From the human T2T-CHM13v2.0 reference genome, Homo sapiens, in the NCBI RefSeq assembly GCF_009914755.1, contig NC_060927.1: a DNA stretch of 64,000 nucleotides; one strand, written 5' to 3'. Under the pieces are notes generated by a model. That model was not told the DNA's origin, did no database searches, and saw only the letters and a list, made by a program, of their open reading frames with translations. A program made the position numbers and the translations under genes. Below, one piece after another: positions 61,823 through 64,000 of the stretch. Every line of letters starts with the position of its first letter. Position 1 is the stretch's first letter.

Positions 61823-64000
<2,178 letters not shown>

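Overview
Primate, human-like nuclear DNA with no recognisable host protein-coding exon, RNA gene, CpG island or CRISPR array. The window is intergenic or deep intronic, and the locus cannot be identified from sequence alone. It is mostly interspersed repeats: Alu, MIR, L2, CR1/L3, MaLR/ERV solo LTRs, hAT MITEs and several L1s. The last ~10.7 kb is a nested stack: an old L1M with its 5' end, two Alus inside it, and a younger L1PA3/4-type element inside the second Alu. That younger L1 has a precise 5'UTR splice junction at 60330/60331, consistent with a spliced integrated retrotransposed element (SpIRE97/622 type). A 94-bp local duplication (20948-21041, copied from 22107-22200) has fold-back hairpins at both junctions. 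Several repeat-free islands rich in homeodomain motifs are candidate enhancers. Repeat subfamily names and many boundaries come from remembered consensus sequences and need RepeatMasker/Dfam confirmation. I found no evidence of a wholly new biological system.
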